IMG/VR virus record: IMGVR_UViG_3300032213_002833
Coordinates: 6,528-70,527 of that record
DNA length: 64,000 nucleotides
Reading direction: 5' to 3' (one strand)
Source: a virus
In this document: piece after piece, positions 45,097 to 55,162 of the stretch
How the letters are laid out: the number at the start of each line of letters is the position of its first letter
Numbering within the stretch: the stretch's first letter is position 1
Translations under genes and position numbers: made by a program
Notes under the pieces: model-generated
Database searches by the model: none
What the model saw: the letters and a program-made list of their open reading frames with translations, nothing else
What the model was told of the DNA's origin: nothing

Positions 45097-46299
45097 TCAC
45101 GCTTGTTGTAGTAAATATAGGTTTTCATTTTTTATGTTTATTAAATTATTTTGATATTCTTCTAAATGACTTATTGTAAGTTTAAATATGTCAAGACTGA
45201 ATTCACCTATCTCTCCACTATCTTTTATAATTTCAGGCAATTGTTGAAGTAATTGGAAGTTTTGGTTTGTTAGTTGGGTAATATCAAATTCAATTACTAT
45301 ATCATTTTCACCAATTGGGTCGTTATGCCCTATATGAAATACTCGTTTGGTTAAATCAAATGAAGTATTTGGTTGTTCTTGTTCTATATAAGAATCAATT
45401 ATAATATGCATATCATCTTCAATATAAATTCTATCACACCATGGTTCTAGTACTCCAAGTAATTGTAAATTACAATTTTTAACTACATAAGCAATGTTGT
45501 ATTTTGGAGAAATTATTGGATGTTGATAAGCATCGTTTTTAATCCAACTACCCCATTTACGTAAATAATGACGATAAGATTTATTTTTCATATTATGGAA
45601 ATAAGGGTTTGTAGTTATATTTTCTATTCCATCTTGAAATTGGCCTCCTCTACATGTTAAATGATATACTAATGAATCTCTACTTTGTATGCAAGTCATT
45701 CCATTTAATATCATCCTATTAAAAATATCTGAATCTTCATAATATGAATGGAGATATTCATCATGCAAATCAGTATCTAGTAGATCGTTTTTATAACATA
45801 TCCAAGGGGCGAATATTCCATTAGTTATTTGATCTTTATATTCTATTAAAGATTTTTCAACAAATTTATTAAATTCTTCAAGTTTAAAATCCTCAGGGTA
45901 CATCCCAAAATCTTGAATTATTTTTTCCAATCCTGGTGGGTGAAGAGGTGGTTCAATTCTAGTTGCTGAAATAATTGTTTTGGGTTGGAGGTGTTTAAGT
46001 AAATTAATATCAAATCCTTTAGCCATATACATATCAGCGTGGAACATACATACTATTTCTGTTGATGCTGCTTTAATACATCTATTATATCCTGCCGCAA
46101 TTCCTTGAGGGGAAGTTTCTTGGTTTACAAGATATTTAATATTATTTTCTTTTAACCATTCTATAGTTCCATCATTACTTGAATCAACCCACACTATAAT
46201 TTGGTTATCATATGTTGAATTGTTTTGGATACTTTGAATAGAAGATTTTAGATATCTAAGATTATCCTTACTTGGGATACAAAACGTTATTTTTTCCAT
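45097..46299 (-). CDS. glycosyltransferase family 2
   Basis: 'ITFCIPS', 'VDSSNDGT', 'YNRCI', 'HADM', 'EDSD'. Confidence 0.85.
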   Translation of the reverse strand: MEKITFCIPSKDNLRYLKSSIQSIQNNSTYDNQIIVWVDSSNDGTIEWLKENNIKYLVNQETSPQGIAAGYNRCIKAASTEIVCMFHADMYMAKGFDINLLKHLQPKTIISATRIEPPLHPPGLEKIIQDFGMYPEDFKLEEFNKFVEKSLIEYKDQITNGIFAPWICYKNDLLDTDLHDEYLHSYYEDSDIFNRMILNGMTCIQSRDSLVYHLTCRGGQFQDGIENITTNPYFHNMKNKSYRHYLRKWGSWIKNDAYQHPIISPKYNIAYVVKNCNLQLLGVLEPWCDRIYIEDDMHIIIDSYIEQEQPNTSFDLTKRVFHIGHNDPIGENDIVIEFDITQLTNQNFQLLQQLPEIIKDSGEIGEFSLDIFKLTISHLEEYQNNLINIKNENLYLLQQA

Positions 46300-47033
46300 T
46301 TCATTTGAGTTTGAGTTTCAATAAATTTTATTTCATCTTGATGTTTCTCAGGGATAACTAAAATACAATCTTCAAGATGTTCAGTACATAGTAATCTATA
46401 TGTTACATATCCCCATTCTTCTAATAATTTGATTACTTGTTGATCATTTTCTTGGTTAGGATAATTCTCAAGAAATATTATTGGATAGTTTGACTTAATT
46501 GTTTTTTCACCACCTATAAGAGCATTTAATTCAGATCCCTGAACATCTAGTTTTATTAAGTTTAGTTTGGGTAAATTTAAAGAGTCTATTGTTATTGTTT
46601 CTACTTCTTCTTCTCCTTTATCTAGATCTGTTAATCCTCTTCCCCCATAATTGATGCAATTTTCTGAGAAATGCTGTTCACTGGTGGGGGACATTTTTAA
46701 GGTACTAAATGAATTACTTAAACCTAACCTATACTGTTTGATTATATTAGATGCCCCATTTAATAAAACGTTTGTAGATAAAATGTTAAATATTAAAGGT
46801 TGAGGTTCAAAACTATATACTATTCCTTTATCAGCTAAGGAGGCGAAGCAAATTGAATGAAAACCTAAATTAGCTCCTCCATCTAATATAATATAATCTT
46901 CTTTAATAAATTGACTATAAAAATAAAATAAATGTTGTTCCCAATACCCGTAGTTTGCTATACAATTACTAATTAAATCTTTTTCTAATAAGCAAAAATT
47001 TCCATAATTAGTTTCTTTAAAATATATGTTCAT
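46287..47033 (-). CDS. FkbM-family methyltransferase
   Basis: 'LDGGANLGFHS', 'FEPQ', 'IKLDVQGSE'. Confidence 0.9.
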   Translation of the reverse strand: MNIYFKETNYGNFCLLEKDLISNCIANYGYWEQHLFYFYSQFIKEDYIILDGGANLGFHSICFASLADKGIVYSFEPQPLIFNILSTNVLLNGASNIIKQYRLGLSNSFSTLKMSPTSEQHFSENCINYGGRGLTDLDKGEEEVETITIDSLNLPKLNLIKLDVQGSELNALIGGEKTIKSNYPIIFLENYPNQENDQQVIKLLEEWGYVTYRLLCTEHLEDCILVIPEKHQDEIKFIETQTQMKWKK

Positions 47034-47054
47034 ACTCTTATTATCTGTTGATTG

Positions 47055-47897
47055 TTATTTAAGGAAATTTTGAATTGCTGTATAACTTTCTTGTTCATAT
47101 GTTTTATATAAATTATCTTCCCTAGTAGATAAAGTATTGGTTCTTTTTAATGGGTGTTGGTAATTATGCCCTTTTATTCTATTTTTAATGATATATTGAG
47201 GGATTTTATTTTTTAAAAATACTAAATTAGCACAATAATCTTCCCTAGAAAAATGTAAATCATTAGGAATAAACTTGGGAAGATTAGGAGATAAAGCTAA
47301 TAATGCTCCATCTATTTTAGGTGAACCATTTTTAATTATTTTTATGTCTCCCATATCATTTACATTGTTTAAAGCTTCATAATTTATGTAATCATCACAA
47401 AACAAATATGGTGGAAGGGCATTATTTCTTTTAGGCCAACTTCTTTCATACAAATCCAACCCTTCAAATTCAACTACCCCCCATGAATCGTCCCCCATTT
47501 TTCTAGAGGCTAAACTTAATATATGAGGTTCTTGAATTTCTATATTAGATAAAATATAAAAATAATCTTCAGGAACTAAACAATCACTTTCTCCCCATAC
47601 TGTATACTTGTAATCATTTGAGTATGTCTCTCTTCTCCAATCCCCTATATTATAAAAAGGATCATTATCTGTTTTATAAATAATCTCAGCATCTTTTAAT
47701 ACAGGATGATCAATGAATTCATTAAACATATCCTCAGATTTCCCTTCTATAGGTTTTTCTAGATATGTCTGGGAATTTAGGCAAAGGAGTAATTTTATGG
47801 GGAGTGAAGAGTGTTTTAATGAATATTGAAGGGAATCTAATGTTTCATTTAGTATTTTAGATTCATACCACATTATATGTTGTTGATATAATATCAT
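47055..47897 (-). CDS. putative GT-A-fold glycosyltransferase-like protein
   Basis: 'WGESD' DxD-like motif, 'REDY'; cluster context. Confidence 0.5.
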   Translation of the reverse strand: MILYQQHIMWYESKILNETLDSLQYSLKHSSLPIKLLLCLNSQTYLEKPIEGKSEDMFNEFIDHPVLKDAEIIYKTDNDPFYNIGDWRRETYSNDYKYTVWGESDCLVPEDYFYILSNIEIQEPHILSLASRKMGDDSWGVVEFEGLDLYERSWPKRNNALPPYLFCDDYINYEALNNVNDMGDIKIIKNGSPKIDGALLALSPNLPKFIPNDLHFSREDYCANLVFLKNKIPQYIIKNRIKGHNYQHPLKRTNTLSTREDNLYKTYEQESYTAIQNFLK

Positions 47898-48604
47898 AAT
47901 TGATAATTTTTAGCTAAATTTCGATAATGGTTTAATATATGAATAGAATTTATTTTTTCAAAGTACTTATACATTCCTCTTTCAGCTAAAGTATTATAAC
48001 TGCTTGAATTAGTTTCTTTTATTGTTGCACTCCCTAAATGAACTGCAGTTACTACATCTAATACTCCTACTTTCCATTCATTTTGTTCACATACATACCC
48101 AGAATAAACATCATTTCCCCAACCATATGTTAGATCATCATCATATTGTTTTAAATACTCTATAAAATCTCTATGGATTAAAGGACATTGAAAATCAACC
48201 CAAGGAACTTGTCTAATATCTTTTGAATACCAATTATTCATTGTTGGCCAATAACATTGATTCTCTTCAGGTTGGATGATTGAAGGAGATATAATTTTAT
48301 ATTCATGAAGTTCATTTCTAAGAGTTTTTACAAAATCTTTTCCATGGACTACTAAATCACTGTTTAAAAATAATAAAGAATCATATTCTGGGTTGTCTAA
48401 TATCCATTGGAAAGCTAAGTTAAGTCCTCCCCCAAACATTAAGTTTTGGTCTACTCTGATAGAGGGGTTATCAGGTTTTATTTCACTTCCATTATCTAAT
48501 ATAACTAAATCATAATCTTGATTTTCATATGGTTTAAGTTGTCTATATAAACGATCAGTAAAATGTTTTGTATTATAGTGGAGGATAACTGCTAATGTTT
48601 TCAT
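47894..48604 (-). CDS. glycosyltransferase family 2
   Basis: 'VILHYN', 'LDNGS', 'NLMFGGGLN', 'LNSD'. Confidence 0.85.
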   Translation of the reverse strand: MKTLAVILHYNTKHFTDRLYRQLKPYENQDYDLVILDNGSEIKPDNPSIRVDQNLMFGGGLNLAFQWILDNPEYDSLLFLNSDLVVHGKDFVKTLRNELHEYKIISPSIIQPEENQCYWPTMNNWYSKDIRQVPWVDFQCPLIHRDFIEYLKQYDDDLTYGWGNDVYSGYVCEQNEWKVGVLDVVTAVHLGSATIKETNSSSYNTLAERGMYKYFEKINSIHILNHYRNLAKNYQL

Positions 48605-48636
48605 CTTAAAGAAATATATAATGTTATTTATACTTT

Positions 48637-49194
48637 TTATTTTTTAAACCCATAAAAATATAAATCATGTAATTCTACACCTAAACATTCACCATATTCT
48701 ATATCATATTGTTCATATTGATGAATAAATTCTTTAAAATTATTTATATCATCTATACTTAGATTTCTGTAATAATCAGACCATTCTTCTGAGATTTGTA
48801 ATAATAATGGGGCAGCATATGATCCGTCACTGCCTCTAGTTCCATGTTCTTGCCTATTAGGGGCGGCGCATGTAAATAAAAATAAACCTCCTGGTTTGAG
48901 CATTCTAGTAATGTTTAAAAGGCTTTTTTCCCAAAACATATCATGTTCAAAAACCTCAGTACTTATAATTACATCATAACTATTATCAGGGGCTTGATAT
49001 TGATGAGATATACTAATAATGTCTACATTAGGCCCCTCAGCAACATCTAATCCAGTATATTCACAATTGGTAAATAAATGTTTATTACTTCCGTTTATAT
49101 CTAATGAACCTACATCCAAAACTTTTTTTCCTATAAAATACTCTGGGAATTGTGATTTAATTTTGTTACAATAATTTACTACGGTAAAATGCAT
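48637..49194 (-). CDS. class I SAM-dependent methyltransferase
   Basis: 'VLDVGS', 'YDVIISTEVFEHD', 'LKPGG'. Confidence 0.88.
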   Translation of the reverse strand: MHFTVVNYCNKIKSQFPEYFIGKKVLDVGSLDINGSNKHLFTNCEYTGLDVAEGPNVDIISISHQYQAPDNSYDVIISTEVFEHDMFWEKSLLNITRMLKPGGLFLFTCAAPNRQEHGTRGSDGSYAAPLLLQISEEWSDYYRNLSIDDINNFKEFIHQYEQYDIEYGECLGVELHDLYFYGFKK

Positions 49195-49219
49195 AATTTT
49201 AATTTTTTATTAGTTAATA

Positions 49220-50011
49220 TTAATATATAATGTTTGTACTCCAATTTGATTGTAAAATAACTCCTAAATAATATTTAGATAACTTATCATTATCTAACTT
49301 ATAATGTTTATCATATTCATATTGTGATGAATAATGGTAAACTTTAAATAATGGGCCCCTAGGGTATATTGGGATTGTGTTATCATGTAATAACCATTCT
49401 CCATACCATGTAAACTCTGATGGGGTTGTTTTGAATAAATCTGTAAAATTTAAATTATTTGGTTGTAAATATTTTTCATATAATGACTTCCAAACAGAAG
49501 CAGACCAAATAACAGGTGAAGGACCAAAGTCATAAATAACTCCATCTCTTTGAAAGAACTCCATTATAGATAAACGGTCATTTTTATATTCTTTATACGG
49601 ATCAAAACCTGGTTGATGTTTATCCATAAATTCAAAAAGTTCTCGATGCTCATGACATATAGTATATGGAGTATTATCATTATACATGAAATCTTTAACA
49701 TAAAAAGGTTTAATAAAAACACTATCTGAATCTATACAAACATAATTTTCACATAATTGTAGTTTCCAAAATTGACTTTTTACTACTTGTTGGCCTAACC
49801 AACCTTGATTAGTAGAGTCAATATCTTCATCTGGGATCAATGTGTATAGATTGTCACCTAATATATTAGAAAATAATTCTAAATCTTCTTTTGGGGTTGA
49901 AATAAAAAATGGGATAGAGTCTCTATTATATAGTGTTATACTGTCTAAAAGAGATTTTACTCTATATACATCATTTTTATATGATTTACAATATAAAACT
50001 ATTTTTTCCAT
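49220..50011 (-). CDS. DUF6492-like putative glycosyltransferase
   Basis: 'GWLGQQVVK', 'YVCIDSD', 'SEFTWYG'. Confidence 0.65.
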   Translation of the reverse strand: MEKIVLYCKSYKNDVYRVKSLLDSITLYNRDSIPFFISTPKEDLELFSNILGDNLYTLIPDEDIDSTNQGWLGQQVVKSQFWKLQLCENYVCIDSDSVFIKPFYVKDFMYNDNTPYTICHEHRELFEFMDKHQPGFDPYKEYKNDRLSIMEFFQRDGVIYDFGPSPVIWSASVWKSLYEKYLQPNNLNFTDLFKTTPSEFTWYGEWLLHDNTIPIYPRGPLFKVYHYSSQYEYDKHYKLDNDKLSKYYLGVILQSNWSTNIIY

Positions 50012-50037
50012 TAATTATAATTTTTTATTGTTTTGAA

Positions 50038-50661
50038 TTAAATATTTGTATAAAATTCATTTTGTTTCTCTTGTCTTTCTATTGTTTTTGGGTGGTTTAA
50101 AGCAAAATACTCTACATCAGGTAATGCTGTATATATTTTAAAGCCATCTAAACGCTCATGTACTTTGTTTACCCATTGAATTTCCGGTTTATTTTTCCAA
50201 ATACGCCATTGGTAATCAGGCCAATTAACCCATCCAGCATCATTTACTTTCCAACCCCATTTTGCAATGTGTTCCGGAGTTAAACCCTCTACTGTATTTA
50301 CTCGTGGAACTAGGAAAACATCTATATCTTCGTTTTCAACTAGTATATCGGGTAAAACTGCTATTAGATTTTCATTTGGTATTTCATCAGCATCAATTTG
50401 AAAAATATAATCTCCAGTACAAAATGAAGATAGTTTATTTTTCCAATCAGCAAAATGCCCTTCAAATTTTGCTTTATACCATGAAAACTCTCCATTCACT
50501 GAATGGGAACGGAGGAAATCCTCAATTTCAGGGTCACCATTTGTTTCATCATATAAGATCACTATGTTGTCTTGTAAACGTTTATGTTGAAGCAAAAACC
50601 CCACTAAACGTTGAATTTCAATAAATTCGTTACAGACTGTGATTGCGTACGTAATTTTCAT
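50038..50661 (-). CDS. glycosyltransferase family 2
   Basis: 'ITVCNE', 'FQIDADE', 'WPDYQWRI', 'VHE'. Confidence 0.85.
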   Translation of the reverse strand: MKITYAITVCNEFIEIQRLVGFLLQHKRLQDNIVILYDETNGDPEIEDFLRSHSVNGEFSWYKAKFEGHFADWKNKLSSFCTGDYIFQIDADEIPNENLIAVLPDILVENEDIDVFLVPRVNTVEGLTPEHIAKWGWKVNDAGWVNWPDYQWRIWKNKPEIQWVNKVHERLDGFKIYTALPDVEYFALNHPKTIERQEKQNEFYTNI

Positions 50662-50871
50662 ATACCTTTTATTTTTTCGTTGTTGTATTAATTTTAGTAG
50701 GTAAATCTATTCCGTTACCTAATTCTAATAGTTTAAAATATTTTTCATCTCCAACTACACCATCAACAGTCCATTCTGTTTTTACCCCATTTTCGTAAAT
50801 GGGAATGGAATATGTTTCTTTATTCATATAACTTTTATTTTATTGAATATAATAATGGTTTTGGAGGTATC

Positions 50872-51537
50872 CTAGTTATTTTGGTATTTCCAAATAAAAC
50901 CCCCTGAGGTTTTGCTTGAACCTGTTAAAGCTCCTGAAAGGGTGCCTTGGGCTACTCCTATATATTGAGATGCTTCATTTACAGAAGGAAAAATTTTTAA
51001 TATTTCTTTAGTATGTTTATCTAACATCATAACAGGTTTTTTATTTTTTTCTTTAGGAACCCCTTTTGTAATTTCAGATCGTTTTTGGCGGGATTGTTCT
51101 GAATGATTTTTATATCCAGCATTTGGTTTTTTCTTTCCTTTATTTCCTTCTCTTCTCTTTTGGTTAATTATTTCTTTCTCTTCATTTGTTTTCAATGACC
51201 AAATTTTTTTTAAATTATTTTTAAATTCTTCACTTTTAGGTCCTCCTCCTTGGTCATGTAAACTACAAAATAAAACCTTTTTCCAATTCCCTTTAAATTG
51301 ATCCAAGTAATATTGTTTCCAATATGTTTCTCTTTCATTAAGTTGTTCTATAGAACATTCTTCTATAACATCATGAATATGATTTTCCCAACCATATTTT
51401 TTAATAGAATTTAAAATAATATTTCCTATTGAATTCATGTATTTATAATGTTGTTTTCTTCCCAAAACATCAATGCTTTGCCCTATATAAATCTTTCCAG
51501 AAGGAGACGTAATTTTGTATATTCCAATAATTTTCAT
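50872..51537 (-). CDS. GIY-YIG homing endonuclease with NUMOD domains
   Basis: 'GIYKITSPSGKIYIGQS'; C-terminal NUMOD1-like 'FPSVNEAS...GGFIWKY'. Confidence 0.88.
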   Translation of the reverse strand: MKIIGIYKITSPSGKIYIGQSIDVLGRKQHYKYMNSIGNIILNSIKKYGWENHIHDVIEECSIEQLNERETYWKQYYLDQFKGNWKKVLFCSLHDQGGGPKSEEFKNNLKKIWSLKTNEEKEIINQKRREGNKGKKKPNAGYKNHSEQSRQKRSEITKGVPKEKNKKPVMMLDKHTKEILKIFPSVNEASQYIGVAQGTLSGALTGSSKTSGGFIWKYQNN

Positions 51538-51671
51538 TTGAAAAAAGAACCTCAACGGATTTTGAGGTTACGGGCTCTACTTTCCATTGAGGTTTTGTTT
51601 AAATATTTTACATCGTAGCCGTAACTCTACGGTTATACATATTGGAAAAATATGGAAAGATACAAAATATT

Positions 51672-52139
51672 TTAACTATTCTGGAAGATGTTTATGTAAT
51701 CTAATGCCTCAATATAATCACGCTCGTCAAACAATTTCATATTAGCCATATCCATTTTATATTCCATAAACCCACCTGGTTTACCGGGGATTGGGTGATT
51801 GACTCTTTCTCTTTCAGGGATTTTAATTGATTTTACTGCTGCCCACCCCCAACTTTGAGCATTTGAACCATTAGCAAATACCATACCTAATCCAGATTCA
51901 TTGATTGTGTTTGGAATCCAAGTTAAACCTGTTTTTTCATCTTTCCAAGCTAAATCTTTATATAATTCAGGTAAAGTTTCCATTTGAGTTTCATAAAACT
52001 CTTCACCTTCTTTCATTAAGCTGTTAGTCCAAAAACCACAAGATAAACTTAGGTAATTTGATATATCAGGGGTAACCTGTGTTTTATAACACAAGTCACC
52101 TCCTGATTTTGGGCAATTTATTATTTCTTCGTATTGCAT
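51672..52139 (-). CDS. hypothetical protein
   Basis: 155-aa ORF. Confidence 0.7.
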   Translation of the reverse strand: MQYEEIINCPKSGGDLCYKTQVTPDISNYLSLSCGFWTNSLMKEGEEFYETQMETLPELYKDLAWKDEKTGLTWIPNTINESGLGMVFANGSNAQSWGWAAVKSIKIPERERVNHPIPGKPGGFMEYKMDMANMKLFDERDYIEALDYINIFQNS

Positions 52140-52141
52140 AT

Positions 52142-53446
52142 TTATTTTGTTTCTGTTGTTTCTACTTTTTTAAGTTTTGGGAGCTCTATTTTAGAAAGTT
52201 TTGGTAATTGAAGTTGGACATGTTTTGGAAATTCAGGTATTTTTTCTTCAAATACTTTACCTAGTTTTTCTTTCATATTGTCAAATGAAAATTTAGATCT
52301 TGATTGAAAACCTTGTCTTTTTGCTTTTTCAGCATATCCTTTATAGTTTTCAAATACATCTTTTAAATAATGTCCTACGTGACCAGTATCAACTGAGAAC
52401 CATTGTGCTTCTTTTAATAACATGTTATTTGCAGCACTCGGGTGTACATTGGTTAATTCACCAGGTAACAACGTAGTAAATTCAGGGTTTAAATAGTCAA
52501 TATGGCCACTCCAATTTGTTGTAATAATTGGTTTATTAACCATAGAAAACTCAAGTAATGGACGACCAAACCCTTCTCCTTTAGTTAAATTAACCATTGC
52601 TTTAACTTTAGAGTGATTATAGATTTCATTCATTTCCTCGTCTGTAAATTCACCATGTAGTAAATAAACATTTGGTAAATTATTTGATTTACAAGAATCT
52701 TTAATTGCTTTAATTTTTTTCAATAATTCATCTCTATCCATATAAGATGATCCTACTTGAGATGTTTTTAAAATTAATGCTGGTTTTTTAGATTTGTTTT
52801 TAAATGTTTCAAAAAATGCTTTAATAAGCAATCCTACATTTTTTCTATCCTCACCTAATTGACCTTGCATCCAATGTCCTACAAACAAATAAGCAAATTC
52901 TTCTTTAATTGAAGATAAATCAAAAGTTGATTTAACTGGTTTATATGTTTCAATGTTTGCACCCTCAAATATTACCTCACTATCTCCATTCCACTCAATG
53001 GTTCCCATTGGTTGGTTGGTTCTTTGGTCGCGTTTTTCAAATTTACTATTTTTAAGTACTTCAATTGTATGTTTTGAGGAACCTAAAATTAAATCCATTC
53101 TACCACATCCTTCAACCCATTCAGCTGGGGAAATTGTAGTTTCAATTCCAGCGGTGCAACCAATGTTATATTTTCCAATTGGTTGAAATTCATTTGGAAC
53201 GGTAATTTGCATCCAGATTTCTGGTTGAGATGGTAATTGTGGTGAGGTTAATAGGTGTGAAGTTAAAAATGACCATTCCGGATTATCTTTAATAAATCCT
53301 TTTGGTGTTGCACCCCATCGTTGAGGTAAAACTTTAACATCGTATTTATCTAATTCAATAATCGCTTTAACGATATCGCGAGAACGTGCTCCATAACCAC
53401 TATAAGTGTCAATTGGGCAACTAATTACAAAAACTGGTTTGCTCAT
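52142..53446 (-). CDS. glycosyltransferase, GT-B fold (GT4-like)
   Basis: 'SGYG', 'DRKN', 'GEGFGRPLLEF', 'TNWSGH'. Confidence 0.85.
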   Translation of the reverse strand: MSKPVFVISCPIDTYSGYGARSRDIVKAIIELDKYDVKVLPQRWGATPKGFIKDNPEWSFLTSHLLTSPQLPSQPEIWMQITVPNEFQPIGKYNIGCTAGIETTISPAEWVEGCGRMDLILGSSKHTIEVLKNSKFEKRDQRTNQPMGTIEWNGDSEVIFEGANIETYKPVKSTFDLSSIKEEFAYLFVGHWMQGQLGEDRKNVGLLIKAFFETFKNKSKKPALILKTSQVGSSYMDRDELLKKIKAIKDSCKSNNLPNVYLLHGEFTDEEMNEIYNHSKVKAMVNLTKGEGFGRPLLEFSMVNKPIITTNWSGHIDYLNPEFTTLLPGELTNVHPSAANNMLLKEAQWFSVDTGHVGHYLKDVFENYKGYAEKAKRQGFQSRSKFSFDNMKEKLGKVFEEKIPEFPKHVQLQLPKLSKIELPKLKKVETTETK

Positions 53447-53450
53447 AATT

Positions 53451-54890
53451 TTAATATAATAATTCGTGTTTAATTGTATCTTCTTTTATCTCATTGCAAT
53501 TGATTAACTCATACTTTACTCGTGGAATCCACGTGTCAAATAATTTATCTATCGCGTTAATTGCTCTAACTCCCATATGCTCACCAGTTAATCCTGCTTC
53601 ATTTACAGCCCAATGTCTTCCTGTTTTACCAAGTGATTTTCTTGTTTCTCTATCCATTGCATATACTTCCGAAATTCGAGCGGCTGCATCTTCGGCTGTA
53701 CATCTATCATCCCAAATATAAGGTGTTTTAGGTGAACCTTGAATTGAACGATTTGTTGGATAAACCGGAAATGCCCATGAACCATGGTTTTTCAATCTAC
53801 CAGTGTGGTTTGAAGGTAATTTTGGGGTTGGTGTAAACCAATTACCATATTCGTCTTCAAATCGCATTTGATCTTGCATTCCACCTGTTACGTTAGCTAT
53901 AATTACAGTTCCCGCTAAAATTGCCTCTGTTAATGATAGACCCCATCCTTCATTTGAAGTTAACAAAATCTGAGTGTCTGCAATGTTATACAAATAGTTC
54001 AAATGTTTGTGGTCTAATTTATTAGTTGAAAAATAAATTGCATTTGGATAATCTTGAAACAATATTTTTCTAACTGCATCTAGATCCGTTCCATGCTCAC
54101 TTATTACCTCGGTGTGTAAAACCATAGCACATTTTTGAGCTTTCTCTTTTGGTAATGTGTCTAAAAAGAATCTAAACGCAAGCATTGTATCCGGAATTTG
54201 TTTACGTCTAATATTTCTTGAATTAAAAAATACTACAAAATCTTTTTCCTCTCCCGAAAATAAATTTTTCTTAAATGCCTCTAATTCTTTTAGTTCATTT
54301 TCGTTTTCAATCGGATAAAAATGATTTTCATTTAAACCATGAGGAACATACTCTATAATTTTACCTTCTGCTTTCTCACCCAATACAAGTTCATTTATCA
54401 ATTTTGTTTGTTTTGAAATTGCTAGTAACGCATCACACGACTCGTAAAATGCTTTGTTGTACAATGGTGCTGGGTAATCATCCCAGATGTTTAAATAAAT
54501 GATTGGGGTTGTTTTTCTAATCTCGTTTTCAATCATAAATAACCACTCAAAGTATCTTGGGTCCGTAATCAACATGATTGCATCTGGTTTTTCAATTTCA
54601 ATCATGTGTCTAATCAAATCTGCATCACCGTAACCGTTTGTTGGGTATAAAAACACTGATGTATCTGTTAGGCCTGTACTTGAGTTTGTGTCTTGAGATA
54701 AATCAAAACGTTTGCCTTGTTCTGGATGATTAATTGCTCCTGCAATATTGACCCAATTGAAATGTTGTGCTGTGTGTAAAACTAGTTCACGTGCTACTGT
54801 TGCTACACCCGAATGGACTCTAATGTCGTCGCAAATCAATAGGATTTTTTTTCTCTCGTTTTGAGGTAAATAACCGAATTTGTCTTTCAT
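53451..54890 (-). CDS. glycosyltransferase family 4
   Basis: 'VPHG', 'RNIRRKQ', 'EGWGLSLTEA', 'TGGMQDQ'. Confidence 0.87.
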   Translation of the reverse strand: MKDKFGYLPQNERKKILLICDDIRVHSGVATVARELVLHTAQHFNWVNIAGAINHPEQGKRFDLSQDTNSSTGLTDTSVFLYPTNGYGDADLIRHMIEIEKPDAIMLITDPRYFEWLFMIENEIRKTTPIIYLNIWDDYPAPLYNKAFYESCDALLAISKQTKLINELVLGEKAEGKIIEYVPHGLNENHFYPIENENELKELEAFKKNLFSGEEKDFVVFFNSRNIRRKQIPDTMLAFRFFLDTLPKEKAQKCAMVLHTEVISEHGTDLDAVRKILFQDYPNAIYFSTNKLDHKHLNYLYNIADTQILLTSNEGWGLSLTEAILAGTVIIANVTGGMQDQMRFEDEYGNWFTPTPKLPSNHTGRLKNHGSWAFPVYPTNRSIQGSPKTPYIWDDRCTAEDAAARISEVYAMDRETRKSLGKTGRHWAVNEAGLTGEHMGVRAINAIDKLFDTWIPRVKYELINCNEIKEDTIKHELLY

Positions 54891-54921
54891 ATATAACTTT
54901 ATTTTGTTTAAATGTAAAAAA

Positions 54922-55119
54922 TTAATCTTCGCTTTCCAAGCTTAGATCATTGTGATTGTGTACTTTTTTTCTAAAGTCCTCGTCTGTTAAATAAAGGTGA
55001 ATTGCTCGTTCACTTAGTTTTTGAAACGAAAACTTGCGTTTAATACACTCGATTTTAAATTTGTCGAATAGGTCCGTATCTATTTTTACGGAGGTTAATT
55101 GTTGGTTTTTTTCACTCAT
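54922..55119 (-). CDS. small ribbon-helix-helix-like DNA-binding protein
   Basis: 'LTSVKIDTDLFDKFK...SFQKLSERAIHLY'. Confidence 0.55.
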   Translation of the reverse strand: MSEKNQQLTSVKIDTDLFDKFKIECIKRKFSFQKLSERAIHLYLTDEDFRKKVHNHNDLSLESED

Positions 55120-55162
55120 ATGTTTTTAATTTTATGTTATCATATATACATATGGTGGTATA

